Positions 18,159 to 29,321 are shown, counted from the stretch's first letter. The stretch: DNA of 64,000 bases from Clostridia bacterium (GCA_017466365.1 JAFTUG010000001.1:14797-78796); one strand, 5' to 3'. Notes: generated by a model from the sequence alone, not told the origin. Made by a program: numbers and translations.

Positions 18159-19165
18159 TGCTTTTTCTTCCTTTCGTATTTCAGCTCGCCGTGAAGCGAC
18201 TGCTCTTTGAATTTATCAAGGTCATATGATGCCTCATTACTGTTTTTTGTTTTGCCTGCAGGCTTCGAATCTTTTTGTTCTGCGGCGGCTTTTTCAACAT
18301 CGGCGGGGGTTTTGTATCCTTTGTTGTGCCAATTCATAAGAATTTTATCTATGTACGGCATGCTTAATTTTGAAGTGTGATTTGCCATTTCCTCATAAGC
18401 GAGGATAATCATATTAATGCCGAATTTCCATTCGCTGCTCCATCTGCGCAGATATTCCGTCTGCTTTACCGTGGGTCGGGGATTAGTTATTCCTGCATTC
18501 TGTGCAAATTCCTTCCAGACTGCATTTGATTTTTTGAGAATTGCTATTTGCTCTGCCGCTTTATCCAAAGTGTCGATTTCTCTTGTGCCCCAATCCTTAC
18601 CAACTGCTTCGAGATAAGCATAATTTGATTTGCCGATTGAAACGCAGTAGTCAATCATCATAAATAAAACTTCTGTGGGAAGACCGTAATGGTCATGCAA
18701 CAAAAGAAGTGTGCATTGTCCGTCGTAACCTATTGTTTTGCCGAGCATCTGCTGTGCTTCGTTGAAAAGATGACCGATTTCAGGTGACTCCTCAATTCTT
18801 TCAAGTATTTCTCTGCTTGAAGGCTTTGAGGGTGCAACGGATACAACCGGGATTTCGTTTTTCTTTTCTTCTTTGACTGTTTCTGCTTTTTCGGGAATAT
18901 CTGCAGGCGGAGGCGTAACAGTTTCGCCGTTTTCGGAAAGCACGCCCGTTAATACCCAATATTGAAGATAATCGGCGGCATCGGAAGCATTGATTTTGAG
19001 TGCCTTACACATTTCGTCTATGTCCGGATTATCCGTTGAATTGCGGAGAATCCAGAGCAGCACTTTTAGCTGGTCGCCATTTGCAAGGCGGATATGCTTG
19101 TCCACAATATCCGTAGGCACGGCAAATATTGACTTGAAAACCGAGGGGTTAACAGAATAACTCAT
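18155..19165 (-). CDS. DnaD domain replication protein
   Basis: Two DnaD-like repeats (YLEAVGKDW, YIDKILMNWHNKG); start at 19165 chosen by a GGAG RBS. Confidence 0.85.
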   Translation of the reverse strand: MSYSVNPSVFKSIFAVPTDIVDKHIRLANGDQLKVLLWILRNSTDNPDIDEMCKALKINASDAADYLQYWVLTGVLSENGETVTPPPADIPEKAETVKEEKKNEIPVVSVAPSKPSSREILERIEESPEIGHLFNEAQQMLGKTIGYDGQCTLLLLHDHYGLPTEVLFMMIDYCVSIGKSNYAYLEAVGKDWGTREIDTLDKAAEQIAILKKSNAVWKEFAQNAGITNPRPTVKQTEYLRRWSSEWKFGINMIILAYEEMANHTSKLSMPYIDKILMNWHNKGYKTPADVEKAAAEQKDSKPAGKTKNSNEASYDLDKFKEQSLHGELKYERKKKQ

Positions 19166-19358
19166 AATGATTCTCCGTTTCAAAAATTAGCAGTATCTTA
19201 TATTATACATAATTTCGTATCAAAATGAAACATAAATTCGCAAAAAAATCAGGTTTGTGAAATATTCTATATTATAATGTAATAAATCACAATACATTGT
19301 GTAATTATGTTTTGCGAAACACAACAATATAGGCAAAAGCCACAAAAAGGGGAAGAAA

Positions 19359-19382
19359 AAGAGACTGCCGAAGCAGTCTCTT
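19359..19382 (-). terminator. Terminator of rpmB
   Basis: AAGAGACTGC-CGAA-GCAGTCTCTT with an upstream A-run (U-run on the minus strand). Confidence 0.8.
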
Positions 19383-19400
19383 AATCAGTGCGTTTTAAAA

Positions 19401-19589
19401 TCAAACGGCTCTTGTAACCTTACCGGAGCGAAGGCATCTTGTGCAAGCGTGAACTCTCTTGGGAGTACCGTTAACAACAGCCTTAACTCTCTTTACGTTG
19501 GGTTTCCATGTTCTGTTTGAACGTCTGTGTGAGTGGGAAACCTGAATGCCGAATGACACATCTTTACCGCAGAAATCGCATTTTGCCAT
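19401..19589 (-). CDS. rpmB: 50S ribosomal protein L28
   Basis: MAKCDFCGK..VSHSHRRSNRTWKPN..CTRCLRSGKV. Confidence 0.97.
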   Translation of the reverse strand: MAKCDFCGKDVSFGIQVSHSHRRSNRTWKPNVKRVKAVVNGTPKRVHACTRCLRSGKVTRAV

Positions 19590-19761
19590 GTGTCACACCT
19601 CCTTTGTTTACTCATTAACAGATGATATATTAACAGATTACGGCATAAAATGCAAGTGTTTTTTTTATTTTTTTATACTTATTTTCAAATAAATCAAACC
19701 TTTGCAAAAAATATTTAAAAATACTATTGCTTTTTTTAGAATAATGGTATATAATGCATAC

Positions 19762-19775
19762 AGAACATTTGTTTG
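19762..19775 (+). promoter_or_regulatory. LexA (SOS/Cheo) box upstream of recA
   Basis: AGAACATTTGTTTG resembles GAAC-N4-GTTC and lies just downstream of a TATAAT. Confidence 0.65.
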
Positions 19776-19800
19776 ATAGAACTTTTCGGAGGTATAAAAG

Positions 19801-20910
19801 ATGGCTGATAAAAAGAAAGCTCTTGAAACGGCTCTTGCCCAGATCGAGAAGGCATACGGCAAAGGAACAATTATGCGCCTCGGTCAGAATAACGGTATGA
19901 ATGTTGAAGCGATTTCCACAGGTTCAATCGCTCTTGATGCGGCAACAGGCATCGGCGGCTTGCCCAAGGGAAGAATCATTGAAATATACGGTCCCGAATC
20001 ATCGGGTAAAACAACACTCGCTCTTACTGTTGTTGCTCAAGCACAGAAGGGCGGCGGTGAAGCTGCATTCATCGATGCAGAGCATGCTTTGGACCCTGCA
20101 TATGCTGCTAATCTCGGTGTTGATGTTGATGCGCTTCTTGTTTCACAGCCCGATAACGGTGAGCAGGCGCTTGAAATTGCAGAAGCTCTTGTTCGTTCGG
20201 GCGCTTTGGATGTTGTTGTTATCGACTCCGTAGCCGCTCTTGTTCCCCGTTCGGAAATCGAGGGCGAAATGGGCGATTCTCATGTCGGCGCCCATGCAAG
20301 ACTTATGTCTCAGGCGTTAAGAAAAATCGCAGGTGCCGTTGCAAAGTCAAACACCATCATTATTTTTATAAATCAGCTTCGTGAAAAGGTTGGCGTTATC
20401 TACGGCAATCCTGAGGTTACAACGGGCGGCAGAGCGCTTAAATTCTACTCAACAATGAGAATCGATGTCCGCCGTATAGAATCTCTTAAGGGCGCAGGCA
20501 ACGAAATCGTCGGCAACAGAACAAAGTGCAAAATTGTTAAAAACAAAGTTGCTCCTCCGTTTAAGGATGCTGAATTTGATATTCTTTACGGCAGAGGTAT
20601 CTCCAAGGAAGGCGAAATGGTTGACCTCGGCGTAAAATATGATGTTATCCAGAAGAGCGGTGCATGGTTCTCCTACGGTGATATGCGTCTCGGTCAGGGC
20701 AGAGATAATGTCAGAGAGCTTTTCACAAATTCACCCGAGCTTGCAGATGAAATTGAAGCCAAAATCAACGCTGCAATGCGTGAAGCTGCAGAGGCTGCAA
20801 GGGTAAGAAAGCCTGCAAGACCTCCCATGCCTGCACCTCCCGCTCCGGAACCCACAACGAAGGCAGGTGCAAGAGCAAAGCTTGATATAGTTGTTGATGA
20901 TGACGAATAA
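19801..20910 (+). CDS. recA: Recombinase RecA
   Basis: [17 protein letters not shown] and GGRALKFY; Pro-rich acidic C-terminal tail. Confidence 0.99.
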   Translation: MADKKKALETALAQIEKAYGKGTIMRLGQNNGMNVEAISTGSIALDAATGIGGLPKGRIIEIYGPESSGKTTLALTVVAQAQKGGGEAAFIDAEHALDPAYAANLGVDVDALLVSQPDNGEQALEIAEALVRSGALDVVVIDSVAALVPRSEIEGEMGDSHVGAHARLMSQALRKIAGAVAKSNTIIIFINQLREKVGVIYGNPEVTTGGRALKFYSTMRIDVRRIESLKGAGNEIVGNRTKCKIVKNKVAPPFKDAEFDILYGRGISKEGEMVDLGVKYDVIQKSGAWFSYGDMRLGQGRDNVRELFTNSPELADEIEAKINAAMREAAEAARVRKPARPPMPAPPAPEPTTKAGARAKLDIVVDDDE

Positions 20911-20913
20911 TAT

Positions 20914-21543
20914 ATGAGAATAAGTATAAACAGAGGTAAGCAGAATAAAATTCATATCCTTTGCGATGATGAATATTTGTTTACAGTTGATGCCGAATAT
21001 TGGTACAGCAGTCCGTATTACGGTGTGGAAAATATTGAAAATGAAGAGGAGTTGGCGGCTTTTTTTGAAGCCGTCGGCTCCCGTTGTGCATTTATAGCGG
21101 GGTTAAGGCTTCTTTCTTATCGCGACCACAGCGAAAAAGAGCTTGTCAATAAGCTTGTGCAAAAAGGACATAAAAGAGAATATGCCGAAAATGCATGTGA
21201 AAGTCTTAAAAGCTACGGCTATATCAATGACGAACGCTTTGCTCAAAGTCTTGCCGAGAGTCTTATTGAACGCAGGGGCATGAGTCTGCAAGGGGTCAAA
21301 ACCGAGCTTTATCATAAGGGAATTTCAAGAGAAATTGCGGATAATATTGTCGAAAGTCTTGACTTTAATTCTGTTTTGCGTATTATAGATTTAATAAACA
21401 CCAAATTTTCACGCTGTCTGTCGGATGAAAAAGGCATGAAAAGAATGATTTCATCCCTTCAAAGGCTCGGCTATAAATGGTCGGATATTAACAGCGCACT
21501 TCGGCAGATTGAAATTGAAACGGAGGATTTTGGCGATGTATAA
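20914..21543 (+). CDS. recX: Regulatory protein RecX
   Basis: LLSYRDHSEKEL and GYINDERFA; directly downstream of recA. Confidence 0.9.
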   Translation: MRISINRGKQNKIHILCDDEYLFTVDAEYWYSSPYYGVENIENEEELAAFFEAVGSRCAFIAGLRLLSYRDHSEKELVNKLVQKGHKREYAENACESLKSYGYINDERFAQSLAESLIERRGMSLQGVKTELYHKGISREIADNIVESLDFNSVLRIIDLINTKFSRCLSDEKGMKRMISSLQRLGYKWSDINSALRQIEIETEDFGDV

Positions 21544-22864
21544 AATCGGAATGATTTCTTTGGGTTGCCCCAAAAATCAGGTTGATGCGGAGAGAATGCT
21601 TGCACAGCTTGAAAAAAACGGATTTGAAATTGCAGATTGCTATGAGGGAGTTGATGCCGTAATCATCAATACCTGCGGGTTTATCGATGCCGCAAAGCAG
21701 GAGGCAATTGAAAATATCCTTGAAATGGCGCAGCTTAAAGAAGAGGGTCTTGTTAAGAAAATTATCGTAACAGGATGCCTTGCACAGCGCTATAAAGAGG
21801 AAATTCTCAAGGAGATTCCCGAAACTGATGCCATTATAGGTATCGGTGCCAACGGAAATATTGCGGATATCGCCAAGAAGGTGATTGAGGGCGAAAAAAT
21901 CTATGAAATGCCTTCAAATTCGGAGCTTCCGCTTGTTGGCGAGAGACTCCTCACCACTCCCGAACATTGGGCATATCTCAAAATTGCCGACGGTTGTTCA
22001 AACCGTTGTACCTACTGTGCAATTCCTTCCATAAGAGGAGATTTCAGAAGCGTAGAGTTTGAAACACTTGTTGAAGAAGCAAAAGCTCTTGCCTCCGCAG
22101 GCACAAAGGAGCTTATTCTCATTGCGCAGGATACAACAAGCTACGGCATTGATCTTTACGGTAAGCTTCGCTTGCCTGAATTGCTTGATGCGCTTTGTGA
22201 AATCGACGGCATTGAGTGGATACGCATGCTTTATTGCTATCCGGATAAAATAACCGATGAACTCATTGAAACCATGGCACGCCAGCCGAAGGTGCTCCAT
22301 TATATTGACCTTCCGCTACAACACGCTGATGACGGTATTCTCAAAGCCATGAACAGAAGGGGAGACAGCGCACATATCCGCTCTGTTATTTCCAAAATCC
22401 GTGAAGCAATGCCCGATGCCGTAATCAGAACCACATTCATTGTCGGATTCCCCGGTGAAGGCGAAAAAGAATTTGAAAATCTTGCAGAATTTGTCAATGA
22501 AATTGAGTTTGACCGTCTCGGATGCTTCTCTTTCTCACCTCAGGAGGGAACTCCCGCTTTTGATTTTGAGAATCAGGTTGAAGAGGATGTAAAGCTTCGC
22601 AGAGGCGAGATAATCATGCAGGATCAGCTTGAAATCGTAACCGTAAAAAATCACGAAAGAATAGGCAAAACCTACCGAGTTATCGTTGAGGATTATGACG
22701 GCTACAGCGACAGCTATTCAGGCAGAACATATATGGATGCACCCGAAATCGACGGAATGATTTCGTTTACTACAAATAACCATTACGAGGTCGGAGAATT
22801 TGCCGAGGTTGAAATTATCGGTATGAATGATTATGACCTTATAGGAAAGGATATTAACGGCTGA
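21536..22864 (+). CDS. rimO: Ribosomal protein S12 methylthiotransferase
   Basis: SLGCPKNQVD, NTCGFI, radical SAM CSNRCTYC and DAPEIDG TRAM domain; start MYKIG at 21536. Confidence 0.95.
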   Translation: MYKIGMISLGCPKNQVDAERMLAQLEKNGFEIADCYEGVDAVIINTCGFIDAAKQEAIENILEMAQLKEEGLVKKIIVTGCLAQRYKEEILKEIPETDAIIGIGANGNIADIAKKVIEGEKIYEMPSNSELPLVGERLLTTPEHWAYLKIADGCSNRCTYCAIPSIRGDFRSVEFETLVEEAKALASAGTKELILIAQDTTSYGIDLYGKLRLPELLDALCEIDGIEWIRMLYCYPDKITDELIETMARQPKVLHYIDLPLQHADDGILKAMNRRGDSAHIRSVISKIREAMPDAVIRTTFIVGFPGEGEKEFENLAEFVNEIEFDRLGCFSFSPQEGTPAFDFENQVEEDVKLRRGEIIMQDQLEIVTVKNHERIGKTYRVIVEDYDGYSDSYSGRTYMDAPEIDGMISFTTNNHYEVGEFAEVEIIGMNDYDLIGKDING

Positions 22865-22866
22865 AA

Positions 22867-23427
22867 ATGAATTTACCAAATAAATTAACCGTTGTAAGAA
22901 TGATTCTTACTCCAATCTATCTTGCGGCTATGCTTATCGATTTTAAATATCACTATCTGTTTGCCCTTGTAATTTTTGCTGTTGCCTCAATTACAGATTT
23001 TCTTGACGGTAAAATTGCAAGAAAAAACAATATCGTTACTACATTCGGAAAGCTTTGTGATCCCGTAGCCGATAAAATGCTTACCACAGCAGCACTTCTT
23101 GCATTTATGCAGCTCGGTCTTTGCAATATATGGGTTGTGATGATTGTTCTGACTCGTGAATTTCTTGTTACTTCCTTCCGCCTTGTTTCTTCTGCACAGG
23201 GAGTGGTTATACCTGCAGGAATTCTCGGAAAAATCAAAACCGTAAGTCAAATGGTTTTTTCAATTCTTATCATGTTGGGTCTGTTTATAAGTGAGTTTAC
23301 AGTGCTTGATTTTGATAGATTTTCACTTGTTTCCAATGTTCTTCTTTGGATAACCGCAGTGTTAACTGTTATTTCGGGAATAAAATATATTGTTGACGGC
23401 AAAAAAATGATTGACTTTTCAAAATAA
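22867..23427 (+). CDS. pgsA: CDP-diacylglycerol--glycerol-3-phosphate 3-phosphatidyltransferase
   Basis: MNLPNKLT and TDFLDGKIARK..FGKLCDPVADK. Confidence 0.95.
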   Translation: MNLPNKLTVVRMILTPIYLAAMLIDFKYHYLFALVIFAVASITDFLDGKIARKNNIVTTFGKLCDPVADKMLTTAALLAFMQLGLCNIWVVMIVLTREFLVTSFRLVSSAQGVVIPAGILGKIKTVSQMVFSILIMLGLFISEFTVLDFDRFSLVSNVLLWITAVLTVISGIKYIVDGKKMIDFSK

Positions 23428-23452
23428 AAAACATATAATGAGATAAATATTG

Positions 23453-23703
23453 AAATGCAATCGTCGGGAGAGTAACCGCTTATCGGCATATCAGAGAGGA
23501 AGCAGGCAGCTGGAAATGCTTCTTATGTCAAATTCGGTGAAATGCACCCGCCGGCACGCAGGGGGAAGTTGCAGTATCTCTGTGCGTATGGCTGCGTTAA
23601 AGCCGCTCGGTTCGGAGTTTTCTCCCGACCAATGAGTTACAAACAGGAGTGGAACCGCGTTTATTACGCCTCCGTAGTCATATGGCTGCGAAGGCGTTTT
23701 TTT
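23453..23703 (+). ncRNA. T-box riboswitch (Cys-specific)
   Basis: AGTA and CAGAGAG stem I motifs, specifier GAAA-TGC-A (UGC at 23543), T-box AGGAGTGGAACCGCG at 23645, terminator 23666-23703; upstream of cysE-cysS. Confidence 0.9.
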
Positions 23704-23719
23704 ATTATGAGGTGTATGT

Positions 23720-24352
23720 ATGTTTAAACAGTTGAGAGAGGATATTGCATGCGTTAAGGACAGAGACCCTGCCGCACGTTCTGCGCTTGAAATCTTATTT
23801 CTGTATCCGGGTCTTAAGGCTATAAGACTGCACAGGCTCGCAAATAAATTTTATAAAAAGAAAATGTTCTTTACTGCACGTTGGCTTTCACAGCGTGCAT
23901 CAAAGAAAACAGGTGTTGAAATTCACCCTGCCGTTGAGGTCGGAAAAAGATTTTTTATTGACCACGGAACGGGAGTCGTTATCGGTGAAACTGCGGTTAT
24001 CGGCGATGATGTAACGATTTATCAGGGCGTAACACTCGGCGGTACGGGCAAGGATACGGGCAAAAGACACCCCACAATCGGCAATAAGGTTATGATAGGC
24101 GCAGGTGCAAAGGTTCTCGGACCTTTAACGATAGGAGATAATTCAAGAATTGCCGCAGGTGCTGTTGTTTTAACGGATATCCCGCCTAATTCAACTGCTG
24201 TAGGTGTACCTGCAAGGGTTGTTAAGAGAGACGGAGTGAGGGTTGATGACCTTGATCAGGTTCATGTACCCGACCCCGTTGCCCAGGAAATTGCGAGACT
24301 CGAAGCAGAGATTAATATATTAAAAAGCCAACTTAAACAGGAGGATAAATAA
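23720..24352 (+). CDS. cysE: Serine O-acetyltransferase
   Basis: RDPAARS, TGVEIHP, FIDHGTGVVIGET and GKRHPTIG. Confidence 0.95.
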   Translation: MFKQLREDIACVKDRDPAARSALEILFLYPGLKAIRLHRLANKFYKKKMFFTARWLSQRASKKTGVEIHPAVEVGKRFFIDHGTGVVIGETAVIGDDVTIYQGVTLGGTGKDTGKRHPTIGNKVMIGAGAKVLGPLTIGDNSRIAAGAVVLTDIPPNSTAVGVPARVVKRDGVRVDDLDQVHVPDPVAQEIARLEAEINILKSQLKQEDK

Positions 24353-25744
24353 ATGAAGATTTTTAACACACTTACAAGAGAAAAGGAAGAGTTCAAACCC
24401 ATAAAAGAGGGCGAGGTCAAAATCTATGCCTGCGGCCCCACGGTTTATAATTTCATCCATATCGGCAATGCAAGACCTATTTGTGTTTTCGACGTTTTGA
24501 GAAGATATCTTGAATACAGAGGCTATAACGTAACCTTTGTTCAGAACTTTACCGATATCGACGATAAGATTATCAAGAGAGCTAATGAGGAGAATTCAAC
24601 CTTTACCGAAGTTTCCGAAAAATATATCGAAGAATTCTGGACCGATGCAAAGGGTCTTAATTTCCGCCCGGCAACCATTCATCCCAAGGCAACCGAAAAC
24701 ATTGATAAGATTATTGAAATTGTTTCGGGTCTTATTGATAACGGCCATGCATACGAGGTTGACGGAGACGTTTATTTCAGCCCCAAAACCTTTGCTGAAT
24801 ACGGTAAGCTTTCACACCAGCCCCTTGAAGAGCTTGAAGCAGGTGCAAGAATAATGGTGGGCGACATAAAGAAAGAGCCCATGGATTTTGCTCTCTGGAA
24901 GTCTGCAAAACCCGGTGAGCCCTATTGGGAATCACCCTGGGGTAAGGGCAGACCCGGCTGGCATATCGAATGCTCTGCAATGGTATGCAGATACCTTGGA
25001 GAAAGCATCGATATCCACTGCGGCGGTCAGGATCTTATCTTCCCTCACCATGAAAATGAAGTCGCACAGAGCGAATGCTTTACAGGCAAGCCCTTTGCAA
25101 ATTATTGGATGCACAACGGATATATTAATGTTGATAATGTTAAAATGTCAAAATCACTCGGCAACTTCAAGACCGTTAGAGATGTGGCAAAGGTTTACGG
25201 CTATGAGCCTATCCGTTATCTTATGATTTCCTCATCCTACAGAAGTCCCATTAACTACAGCATAGATATCATTGAGCAGTGCAAGGCTTCACTTTCAAGA
25301 CTTTATACCTGCCGTGACAGCATTGATTTTGAAATCAAGAATGCAGCTGAAGGAGAGCTTAATGCACAGATTAAGGAGCAGCTTGATAAGAGAGTTGCAC
25401 AGTTTATCGAAGCTATGGATGATGACCTTAACACAGCTGACGGTATTGCAGCCGTATTTGAGCTTGTAAGAGATATCAACTCCCTTGTTATCGGTAAGGG
25501 CGAATCAAAGGCAACTGCTGAATATGCGGCAAAAATTTTTGATGAGCTTACAGGAGTTCTCGGCCTTGTCTATAACCGTAAAACAGAAACACTCGATGAA
25601 GAAATCGATGCTATGATTGAGGCAAGAACTCAGGCAAGAAAAGACAAGAACTGGGCAGAGGCAGACAGAATTAGAGATGAACTTAAGGCAATGGGCATTG
25701 TTCTTGAAGATACCGCTCAAGGCGTTAAGTGGCACAGAGAATAA
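24353..25744 (+). CDS. cysS: Cysteine--tRNA ligase
   Basis: [20 protein letters not shown] and KMSKS. Confidence 0.98.
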   Translation: MKIFNTLTREKEEFKPIKEGEVKIYACGPTVYNFIHIGNARPICVFDVLRRYLEYRGYNVTFVQNFTDIDDKIIKRANEENSTFTEVSEKYIEEFWTDAKGLNFRPATIHPKATENIDKIIEIVSGLIDNGHAYEVDGDVYFSPKTFAEYGKLSHQPLEELEAGARIMVGDIKKEPMDFALWKSAKPGEPYWESPWGKGRPGWHIECSAMVCRYLGESIDIHCGGQDLIFPHHENEVAQSECFTGKPFANYWMHNGYINVDNVKMSKSLGNFKTVRDVAKVYGYEPIRYLMISSSYRSPINYSIDIIEQCKASLSRLYTCRDSIDFEIKNAAEGELNAQIKEQLDKRVAQFIEAMDDDLNTADGIAAVFELVRDINSLVIGKGESKATAEYAAKIFDELTGVLGLVYNRKTETLDEEIDAMIEARTQARKDKNWAEADRIRDELKAMGIVLEDTAQGVKWHRE

Positions 25745-25750
25745 TATTCT

Positions 25751-26638
25751 ATGAAAATACTGAATTTCGGTTCATGCAATATTGATATTGTGTGCGGTGT
25801 TGACCACATCGTAAGACCGGGTGAAACAATTTCCGCAGAAAGTGTTGAACATTTTGTCGGAGGAAAAGGTCTTAACCAGTCGGTTGCGCTTGCTAATGCA
25901 GGCGTTGAGGTTTATCACGCAGGCTGCATAGGTGCGGACGGTGAAATTCTTCGTTCGTTTATGGAAAATGCAGGGGTCAATCTTAAACATCTTCGTGTTA
26001 TCGAGGGCAAATCGGGTCAGGCAACCATTCAGGTTGATAAGAACGGTGAAAACGCAATATTCCTTTATAAAGGAGCCAACCACGAAATAACGAAAGAATA
26101 TATTGACCTTGTTTTATCCGATTTTTCTCAAGGGGATATCCTTGTTCTTCAGAATGAAATAAACAATGTGGAATATATTGCTGAAAAGGCATATGAAAAA
26201 GGCTTGAGGATTGTATTCAATCCTGCTCCGTTTAATGAAGCTGCGGCAAAGCTTAACCTTTCAAAGCTGTTTTGCATAATTCCTAACAGCATTGAAAGCT
26301 CGGGCTACAGCGGCTCGGAGGATTATAAAGCTTTTGCAAGTCTTATCCGTGAAAAGTATCCTGATTTAACGGCTGTTGTTACGCTCGGAAAAGAAGGCTG
26401 TGTTTATCTTGATAAGGATAATGAATTAATTCAGCCTGCTTATTCCGTTAAAGCTGTTGATACAACTGCGGCAGGAGATACCTTTGTCGGGTATTTTGTT
26501 GCGGAAATAAGCAGAGGCAAAACGCCTGCCGAAGCAATAAAAACGGCATGTGCCGCTTCTGCGATAACCGTTTCGAGAAAGGGTGCTGCTCCGTCGATAC
26601 CGAAGCTTGATGAAGTAATTGAATTTCTGAATTCATAA
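25751..26638 (+). CDS. rbsK: Ribokinase (PfkB family)
   Basis: GGKGLNQ, LQNEI, FNPAP and DTTAAGDTF. Confidence 0.85.
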   Translation: MKILNFGSCNIDIVCGVDHIVRPGETISAESVEHFVGGKGLNQSVALANAGVEVYHAGCIGADGEILRSFMENAGVNLKHLRVIEGKSGQATIQVDKNGENAIFLYKGANHEITKEYIDLVLSDFSQGDILVLQNEINNVEYIAEKAYEKGLRIVFNPAPFNEAAAKLNLSKLFCIIPNSIESSGYSGSEDYKAFASLIREKYPDLTAVVTLGKEGCVYLDKDNELIQPAYSVKAVDTTAAGDTFVGYFVAEISRGKTPAEAIKTACAASAITVSRKGAAPSIPKLDEVIEFLNS

Positions 26639-26641
26639 TAA

Positions 26642-26674
26642 ATAACCGTACGGGCAATTGCCTGTACGGTTATT
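26642..26674. terminator. Bidirectional terminator
   Basis: AATAACCGTACGGGC-AATT-GCCTGTACGGTTATT. Confidence 0.8.
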
Positions 26675-26676
26675 CT

Positions 26677-27615
26677 TTATTTATTATAATGATTTTCAAT
26701 CATATCGTATTCTTCGTCAGTAATTTCAATTATACCGCCGTGCTTGAAGCCGTATGGGAAGGAAAAGCTTTCGTCTGCTCTCTTAAAATTGCTGTCACCC
26801 GGTTTTGAAGAGACAAAGGGAACATATCCCATTTTATCTTTTTCGCAGCCGAAGAAATCAAGCATAAGGCACCAACGTCCGTCAGGAAGAATCAGTGTTG
26901 TCGGTGCTTCATATGAGCCTGGTTTTTCAAATGTTGCCATATAATCCTCAAATGCCTCGTCATGCTCATAAGGACCGTAAAGATTTTTGGATGTTGCATG
27001 CATGTTCATTGAAGGATGCTCGGCGTTTTTATAGAAAAGATGATATATTCCGTCAAACTTTACCAGATGAGTGTCAAGAATTTCGTTATCTTTAGTGAAG
27101 AACAGCTTCGGCGGGGAGAAGGTTTCAAAATCCTTGGTTGTGCTGCAATAAATTGACATATGAGTGAAATTATCTTCTGCAACGGTTGAACCCCAATGAA
27201 TAAGATATTCGTCATTGATTTCATCATAGAATATTTCGGGTGCCCACATACAGCCGAAATCGTCTCTTCCGAAATAAATTCTTTTCTGTTCGGAAAATGT
27301 TATAAAATCATCGGTTTTCCACATGCAGAGGCATTTGCTTCCCGTGGAATTTACCTCTTTCCAGTTTACCTGATAATTTTCGTCCATTCTGTATGCAATG
27401 GATAAATCGGTTGTGAGAATAACAAAACCGCCCGTTTTAAGTCTAATAACCTCAATATCACGGCAGCCCCTTTCTCCCATGGTGCTTGTTAGAATCGGTT
27501 TGCCGTTGTTAAGCTGCTTCCAGTTAAACCCGTCTTTACTTAATGCAAAATAAACCTGCTCACCGTCGGGAGTTATTTTTTCTCTGAAATGTGAAAACAA
27601 ATACGCCATAAACAT
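26677..27615 (-). CDS. Glycoside hydrolase, GH43-like five-bladed beta-propeller
   Basis: YFALSKDG, GCRD, ILTTDL, MWAPE, ILD, YEAP and KHG; no signal peptide. Confidence 0.8.
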   Translation of the reverse strand: MFMAYLFSHFREKITPDGEQVYFALSKDGFNWKQLNNGKPILTSTMGERGCRDIEVIRLKTGGFVILTTDLSIAYRMDENYQVNWKEVNSTGSKCLCMWKTDDFITFSEQKRIYFGRDDFGCMWAPEIFYDEINDEYLIHWGSTVAEDNFTHMSIYCSTTKDFETFSPPKLFFTKDNEILDTHLVKFDGIYHLFYKNAEHPSMNMHATSKNLYGPYEHDEAFEDYMATFEKPGSYEAPTTLILPDGRWCLMLDFFGCEKDKMGYVPFVSSKPGDSNFKRADESFSFPYGFKHGGIIEITDEEYDMIENHYNK

Positions 27616-27740
27616 TCAACCCCTTTTTGGGTATAATATCATATAATTTTGAAAAAGTCTATTCGGTTTTTATAAAATATGTTGCAAAAAAGTTTAAAAT
27701 ATGATAATTTATACATATAATTTCAAAGGCAGGTGAAGCT

Positions 27741-29258
27741 ATGTCAACATTAAGAGAAAATGTTGAAACAACTACCGATAAATCCGCTCTTCTTAAAAAC
27801 AGGCGATTTGTCGGTGCAAAAGAAACGGTTGCCTATGTTCTTGAAGATACCGCTGCAAGCCTTAACATCAACGATTTCAAAGACAGATACATATACGATG
27901 TCGTAAAAATTGATTTCAGCTATCTTGCAATTCAGAACGTTGTTGCAACGGTATGGGATACCTTTAACGACACATTTATCGGTGTTATTGTTGAAAAGAC
28001 CAGAACCCGCTGGGGTAAGTTCAGACCTTATCTTCTTCTTGGTCAGCTGCCTCTCACAATTCTTGGCTTATGGTATTGGCTGATTCCTTTTATGTTCCCC
28101 GATACCCCGGGTGATTATCTTCCCAAATGGATTTTCTATTTTGCAATGTCAATTATCACCGAAACAGCTAACACCTTTACGGCTATTGCTCGTTCAGGCT
28201 TTGGGTCCACAATAACGCCCGAGCCATTGGACCGTTCAAGGCTTATAGCAACGGCAAACCTTATGTCGCATTTTGTTGAGGACGTACCGAAACAGATTTT
28301 CGGTATTATATATGACCTCGTAATCAACGATAAGATTAAAGTTAAGCTTCCCAGGCTTTTCGCAGGTTTCGGTGTATCATTTGCGGTTCTCGGTGCGGCA
28401 TTCTGTATGTTCTTCTTCTTCACAACAAGAGAAAGAGTTGCACAGACGATTAAAAAGCCCAGTGTAATTCAGGGACTTAAGGCTATCGTTACGAATAAGC
28501 CCATGTTTATTCAGGTTCTTTCCTCGTTCCTTTCGGGATTCAGTATCGGTTCGAGCAGAACGAATTTTTATATCGATGTTATCGGTTCAATCACATGGAA
28601 AACAATTGTCGGTATTCCTGCATTCCCGATTAAATTTATCAGCTACGGCTTCGTTGAACCTTTAAGAAAGAGATTTTCAACAAAGGCTCTTTGGATTCTT
28701 GAGGACGCATGGACGGATGCATTGTGGATGATTGTTTTCGGTATAGGTTCAATAAACAAGAATTTTATGAAAAAACCGATTATTCTTCCGCTAATGGGTA
28801 TTGAAGAAATCTTCGAGATGTGTGTTTACGGCTTAAGAAGAGTTATTCCTGCCGAAATCAGCAATGAGTCAATGGACTACTGCGAATGGAAAAACGGTTA
28901 CCGTGCAGAGGCTATGATAGGTGTTGCTCAATCAACAATTTCTAAACTTCAGCAGGCGGTTATGGGCAGCATAAACAGCATTGTTCTCAAGAAAATCGGC
29001 TATATTCAGGGTCTTAAAGTCGGAACGCAGTCTGACAAGACAAAATGGTGGATTTTCGCTCTCGGAACAGGTATTCCCATAATCACGAGCAGCTTGGGTA
29101 TTATTCCCAAATTCTTCTATCCTCTTTCGGCTGAAAAGAGAGACCTTATGTATAGCGAGCTTCGTGAAAGAAGAAGCAAGGTTGCAGATAAGATGAATAA
29201 TGCAACAACTGCGGAAGAAATTGCGGAAATAGCCGAATCACAGTTTATTGTTAAATAG
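27741..29258 (+). CDS. MFS/GPH family sugar transporter
   Basis: WDTFND..G.IVEKTRTRWGKFRPYLL and DYCEWKNGYRAE; multiple TM segments. Confidence 0.9.
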   Translation: MSTLRENVETTTDKSALLKNRRFVGAKETVAYVLEDTAASLNINDFKDRYIYDVVKIDFSYLAIQNVVATVWDTFNDTFIGVIVEKTRTRWGKFRPYLLLGQLPLTILGLWYWLIPFMFPDTPGDYLPKWIFYFAMSIITETANTFTAIARSGFGSTITPEPLDRSRLIATANLMSHFVEDVPKQIFGIIYDLVINDKIKVKLPRLFAGFGVSFAVLGAAFCMFFFFTTRERVAQTIKKPSVIQGLKAIVTNKPMFIQVLSSFLSGFSIGSSRTNFYIDVIGSITWKTIVGIPAFPIKFISYGFVEPLRKRFSTKALWILEDAWTDALWMIVFGIGSINKNFMKKPIILPLMGIEEIFEMCVYGLRRVIPAEISNESMDYCEWKNGYRAEAMIGVAQSTISKLQQAVMGSINSIVLKKIGYIQGLKVGTQSDKTKWWIFALGTGIPIITSSLGIIPKFFYPLSAEKRDLMYSELRERRSKVADKMNNATTAEEIAEIAESQFIVK

Positions 29259-29321
29259 TATTTTTTACGGACTCCGATCATATGTTGCATTGGGGTCCGC
29301 AAGCTGTATGGAGAGATAAAA

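Noticed and set aside
17184-19183. dnaD/dnaC pair as a prophage replication module
   Set aside because: Flanked by tex and rpmB with no phage genes, so this is the chromosomal loader arrangement.
23450-23727. Two 61-aa ORFs before cysE
   Set aside because: They lie within the T-box leader RNA.
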